Below, piece after piece: positions 54,688 through 55,639 of a stretch of DNA of 55,639 bases. The position numbers were made by a program, and so were the translations under genes. Position 1 is the first letter of the stretch. The number at the start of each line of letters is the position of its first letter. The stretch spans positions 69,626 to 125,264 of the forward strand of contig JAZDOE010000023.1 in the NCBI GenBank assembly GCA_043798985.1, written 5' to 3'. Under the pieces are notes generated by a model. It was given only the letters and a program-made list of their open reading frames with translations. It was not told the origin of the DNA and made no database searches. The DNA comes from Candidatus Falkowbacteria bacterium (lineage in GTDB: Bacteria > Patescibacteriota > Patescibacteriia > UBA11705 > JACRDX01).

Positions 54688-55032
54688 ATGCCTAGAGTAA
54701 AACGAGCAGTATCTCACGTAAAAAAACGCAGAACGCTTAGAAAACTTGCAAAAGGATATAAGTGGGGAAGAAAAAATACAATTCGCTTAGCGAAAACAGC
54801 CGTTAAAAAAGCCGGACAACATGCGTATGTTGATCGCAAACGAAAAAAGAGAGTTAATCGCAGTCTTTGGCTGGTAAAATTAAATGCCGCGGTTCGCGAA
54901 CACGGACTTTCGTACAGCAAATTCATTGCTGGATTAAAGAAAAACAATATTGAGTTAGATAGAAAAGTTCTTGCCGAATTGGCGGAAAAAAATCCAAAGA
55001 TATTTGCTAAAATCGTTGAGAAAGTAAAGTAG
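54688..55032 (+). CDS. rplT: 50S ribosomal protein L20
   Basis: [39 protein letters not shown]. Confidence 0.97.
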   Translation: MPRVKRAVSHVKKRRTLRKLAKGYKWGRKNTIRLAKTAVKKAGQHAYVDRKRKKRVNRSLWLVKLNAAVREHGLSYSKFIAGLKKNNIELDRKVLAELAEKNPKIFAKIVEKVK

Positions 55033-55038
55033 CTCTTC

Positions 55039-55075
55039 AACAAAAGAGCCCTGCCATTGGCGGGGCTCTTTTGTT
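55039..55075. terminator. Bidirectional intrinsic terminator
   Basis: aacaaaagagccctgcc-att-ggcggggctcttttgtt. Confidence 0.85.
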
Positions 55076-55080
55076 TTAAT

Positions 55081-55170
55081 CTATTTGGTTCTACCGCGTT
55101 TTCTTAAACGTGTGATTTTCGGAATCTTAACTCCCACGCCTCTTTTTTTAGGATTTCGTTTTGAAGACAT
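55081..55170 (-). CDS. Unannotated 29-aa highly basic peptide
   Basis: ATG 55170 to TAG 55081: [29 protein letters not shown]; lies between tRNA-Ser and the bidirectional terminator. Confidence 0.5.
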   Translation of the reverse strand: MSSKRNPKKRGVGVKIPKITRLRKRGRTK

Positions 55171-55210
55171 AAAATAGAAATTTCAAATTACAAATTTCAA
55201 AAAACAGGAA

Positions 55211-55295
55211 CGGAAGGGGAGGGATTTGAACCCTCGGTACCTTGCGGTACTCCGGTTTTCAAGACCGGTGCACTAAGCCACTATGCGACCCTTCC
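55211..55295 (-). tRNA. tRNA-Ser(TGA)
   Basis: GGAAGGG/CCCTTCC acceptor stem, anticodon arm CCGGT-CTTGAAA-ACCGG, long variable arm GTACC-GCAA-GGTAC, TTCAAAT T loop; CCA not encoded. Confidence 0.95.
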
Positions 55296-55299
55296 CTAT

Positions 55300-55639
55300 T
55301 TCTAAAAAACGGACTTGTCTCGTCCGTTTGCGACAGCAAACGAGACGGTACCTTTTGGTTAAAATTCTAACTTTCTTTGAGCAAAATCCAGAGGATTTTG
55401 CGGATTGAATCCCGCCCAGCGTTTCCGCCCGCCTCCGCTTCTCTTCGGCGAGCAAAACAGAAAAATTTTCTCTACATCTTTTTAATCGCCTGCCCCCAAA
55501 ATTTTTTTCAATTAAGGAAACGAAAATTTTTCTGTTTTGCCTTCCTCTTGCCAGAGGAATTGCGGAAACGCTTTCCCATCCCATTGTCCGCCTTCGGCGG
55601 ACTGGCAAGCGGGCAAAAATTCCTTCCCCCAGACCCCCT
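55300..55639. other. Highly structured non-coding element upstream of tRNA-Ser, truncated by the window end
   Basis: Nested perfect inverted repeats of 11 bp (55418-55428/55562-55572) and 19 bp (55452-55470/55522-55540), plus several local hairpins. Confidence 0.55.

Noticed and set aside
55273-55608. 111-aa minus-strand ORF
   Set aside because: Runs into the tRNA-Ser 5' end and over nested inverted repeats; better explained as structured non-coding DNA.

Overview
About 55.6 kb of a low-GC bacterial chromosome, nearly all genes on the minus strand, standard genetic code. A Patescibacteria (CPR, Parcubacteria-like) origin is inferred from SD-less core genes, a short HrcA, AckA+PduL, an alpha2-type GlyRS and a type IV pilus; this was not checked by any search. 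Core content: a type IV pilus locus (pilB, frameshifted pilO, pilN, pilM), rnhA, recJ, lepA, murJ-ackA-pduL-glyS-frr, holB, mreB, cysS, the CIRCE-controlled hrcA-grpE-dnaK-dnaJ operon, a surface-glycan cluster, smpB-ssrA, infC-rpmI-rplT and tRNA-Ser. Most interesting: (1) Several families of short palindromes and 7-nt-periodic hairpins fill intergenic spaces and also sit in-frame inside housekeeping proteins (LepA, RecJ, RnhA, DnaK, GrpE, SmpB, IF3) and tmRNA, one nested in another. (2) A second class of GC-rich, mostly monocistronic cassettes (40996-49600, plus 8816-9523 and 24845-25504) has strong GGAGG(TG) SD sites, often TTGAC-17-TAnnnT promoters, a boxA-like leader motif and own terminators. 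They encode Cys- or acid-rich surface proteins, including a 1550-aa repeat lipoprotein and a shared, apparently unnamed C-terminal domain. (3) A putative BECR-type RNase gene inside the dnaK operon faces a promoter-driven ~60-nt structured RNA candidate. (4) 85-bp inverted repeats bracket smpB-ssrA. All family assignments come from motifs recognised by eye; no database search, folding or GC computation was run.
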